IMG/VR virus record: IMGVR_UViG_3300025103_000123
Location: 1-27,595 of that record
Strand: one strand, 5' to 3'
DNA from: a virus
Lineage: Duplodnaviria; Caudoviricetes
DNA: 27,595 nt
Shown: piece by piece, positions 25,298-27,595 of the stretch
Layout: the number at the start of each line of letters is the position of its first letter
How positions within the stretch are numbered: the stretch's first letter is position 1
Notes under the pieces: generated by a model
What the model saw: only the letters and a program-made list of their open reading frames with translations
Databases searched by the model: none
Told to the model about the DNA's origin: nothing
Made by a program: the position numbers and the translations under genes

Positions 25298-27595
25298 CTA
25301 GAACTTTCTCTTAGAGCGAGCCATTAGCTTACCTTGTGGTGTTACTGGAACTAAACCGCGTGTAATATACAACGCAACGTCTAAATCTGGATCTAATCTG
25401 CGTAATTGTTTACGCAATCTAGCACTCTCTTTGTCAATAAGTTTTAATTGTGCTGTTAATACATTAAGTTCGCCTTGACTTGTAGCAGTATTAATAGCCG
25501 TCACTAGCTCGTCATATGTATTAATTGGGTCCAGACCCCTAGCTGAAGCAATTCCACTTAGAACAGTTTTTCTTTTATCAAATGCTAAATCTAACTGATC
25601 CCAATACTCAGTTTCTTTATTAACGTAATTATCCATCCGTATAAACTCATGCAGTTCTTTAGGCCATTGTCCATAATTTAAATCAAAGAACTGGTCGAAT
25701 CTAGTTTGTTCATCTGGAGCTAATGATTCTCGTAATACAAATACGCGCTCATCTATTTGGTCCCAATTACGAATGTTACCTATAAGCAATGATGGGTCGT
25801 TTACTATGTCGTAGTATCTACCTACTGCACGTAATACAGGGTCTTCTGACTCAGCGTAATCTATACCTGCGGCGTTGTAATATGCTTGCTTAGTTACAGC
25901 TAGGTCATGTTTAATATTTCTAAACTGTTTGCCAAATTCTTCTCTAGGAATTTGACCAGACTCTACTAATATAGCTAACTCTCTAGCTTCTTCTGCCGCA
26001 GTAGCCTCAGCTTTGGTAGCGTTTACACGAAGAATAGCGTCCATATCACCGCGATCTGCTAGCGTCTGATTACGTGCATCAATGGCTCTTATAATTTCAG
26101 GGAATTCAGCTTCAACCTCATTTTTTTCTGTAGAAGTAAGCTCTTTCCAATCACGGCCATATAGCTGTTGAGACCTATCATCGCGACGTTCGTATGCTGT
26201 TACAGGTGCAGATTTAATACCTGTTATGTTAGAACCTACAGCTAATACGCTAGGACGAGTGTATGTAGATGGGTCTGAAATTGAAAATTCTGGGTCTTGC
26301 GCCACTTCATTCATTAAGTCTTGTACAGTAAACGGAGCTTGTTGTCTCATTAAGTTCCAAAACGATAGTCCAATAACTCTTGGATCAGATGTTCTAAAAT
26401 TAACCTCACCACCTGTAAATGTTTCTTCCATAATAAGATCAAACAATCGTCCCATAGATGGACTGGCTTTTGTACGTGCTAATCGCGTAGCTGCACTTGT
26501 AGGTCCTTCAGTTACAGCAGTCCCGAATAATGCTAGTAATGAATCCCATGAACCAAACAACGATACATCTTGTCCCTGAGTTCTTACTCGCATAAAGTTG
26601 GAATCCCAATGAGGTTTCCCTTCCATGTCGTACCGTATAGGACTCCAATCAGTTTCCTCACCGTTCATTTCGTTCAATCCCCATGTAGCTAAACTCATAA
26701 CTGCCATTGTGCGAACGATCATATCTCTAGCTAATGCTCCATCAGGACCATCTTTATACGCAGCCTTTTTAAGAATTGATAATTGAGAATTAAAATAACG
26801 TGGTGCAAAAAAGATTGCAGTTCCTAAATCTGAAGGTACACCTGCTTTAAATCCAGTAGCTTCGTTAATAGATTGAATCATATCTTCACGCGTGGCGATG
26901 TCTTTTCCTGACATCTGGCCTTGCAAACCTAATTTCTTAAACGCCCCTCTGTTTTGCGTTGCATTCTTATACATTTGTAATCGCAACAAGTTACCAGTAC
27001 GACTAAAGTGATGGTTCGACCATTTTGCACCTTTACCAATTACAGGTAAATTTGTAACTCCACCTTTAAACATGAACTCACCCATGTCATCTAGCTTTGC
27101 CCAATACCCTCCGTCTTTAATAAACGAGTCAATCATTTCAGCATGATCTACTATGAACCTGTCATAAAATCTAGGATTCTTTAATGCATATGATGAGATT
27201 GCAATCATTTTGGCTGAGCCAATAGGGTCCATACCTATTGCAAGAAGTCCTTGAATACCAATAGCCGAAAAGTCAAGGGTTGCCATGAGCGGTCGCGCAA
27301 AGTTATTAAATTTTCTGACTAATCCACCAATGCCCGTGTCATCAGCTACTTTTAAGTATCTGTTTATTTCGTCAGAAAATTCTCCCTCAAATGTTCGCCC
27401 TGAAAAAGTAAGATTATCAAGAGTACCTGTAGTTTCTCCTACTTGTTGCGCTTCTTCTTTAGCAGCATTGTATTTAGCCGTAGCTTCGTCTAATAACACT
27501 CGTTGTTTTCGTATATCAGCAATTGTTTGGTCATAACTTCTTGTCGACTCAGTACGTCTTAATGAATTTTCTTGATTTCGTAATGCAGTCGATAA
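25298..27595 (-). CDS. Large internal virion/ejection-type protein, 5' end outside the window
   Basis: The frame stays open from 27499 to the window edge (checked by hand); large helical protein in the structural arm. Confidence 0.65.
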   Translation of the reverse strand, partial: LSTALRNQENSLRRTESTRSYDQTIADIRKQRVLLDEATAKYNAAKEEAQQVGETTGTLDNLTFSGRTFEGEFSDEINRYLKVADDTGIGGLVRKFNNFARPLMATLDFSAIGIQGLLAIGMDPIGSAKMIAISSYALKNPRFYDRFIVDHAEMIDSFIKDGGYWAKLDDMGEFMFKGGVTNLPVIGKGAKWSNHHFSRTGNLLRLQMYKNATQNRGAFKKLGLQGQMSGKDIATREDMIQSINEATGFKAGVPSDLGTAIFFAPRYFNSQLSILKKAAYKDGPDGALARDMIVRTMAVMSLATWGLNEMNGEETDWSPIRYDMEGKPHWDSNFMRVRTQGQDVSLFGSWDSLLALFGTAVTEGPTSAATRLARTKASPSMGRLFDLIMEETFTGGEVNFRTSDPRVIGLSFWNLMRQQAPFTVQDLMNEVAQDPEFSISDPSTYTRPSVLAVGSNITGIKSAPVTAYERRDDRSQQLYGRDWKELTSTEKNEVEAEFPEIIRAIDARNQTLADRGDMDAILRVNATKAEATAAEEARELAILVESGQIPREEFGKQFRNIKHDLAVTKQAYYNAAGIDYAESEDPVLRAVGRYYDIVNDPSLLIGNIRNWDQIDERVFVLRESLAPDEQTRFDQFFDLNYGQWPKELHEFIRMDNYVNKETEYWDQLDLAFDKRKTVLSGIASARGLDPINTYDELVTAINTATSQGELNVLTAQLKLIDKESARLRKQLRRLDPDLDVALYITRGLVPVTPQGKLMARSKRKF

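Noticed and set aside
12567-27536. Numerous + strand ORFs over the late arm, and - strand ORFs over the early arm
   Set aside because: They are antisense shadows of tightly packed genes that have recognisable motifs.

Overview
The window is a 27.6-kb piece of a tailed dsDNA bacteriophage genome, probably podovirus-like, with two convergent arms. The + arm (about 0.7-12.35 kb) carries small early genes separated by repeated long hairpins, then a DUF932 protein, HTH proteins, a RecA/AAA helicase, an HNH nuclease and PD-(D/E)XK nucleases. The - arm (12.57 kb to the window end) carries lysis genes, tail and fibre genes, the major capsid, a scaffold and a truncated large virion protein. The standout is at 10120-12351. 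A stand-alone Cas7/RAMP-like gene is followed by a hairpin and a roughly 440-nt non-coding array that is not a CRISPR. The array has 11 complete units of the form YCGAC-(NNNAC)n-NNN, an almost unbroken 5-nt periodicity of fixed AC and variable triplets. A Cas4-like nuclease gene follows. I infer a phage-encoded RNA-guided system with a non-contiguous guide code. All protein calls come from motif recognition by eye, not from database searches.
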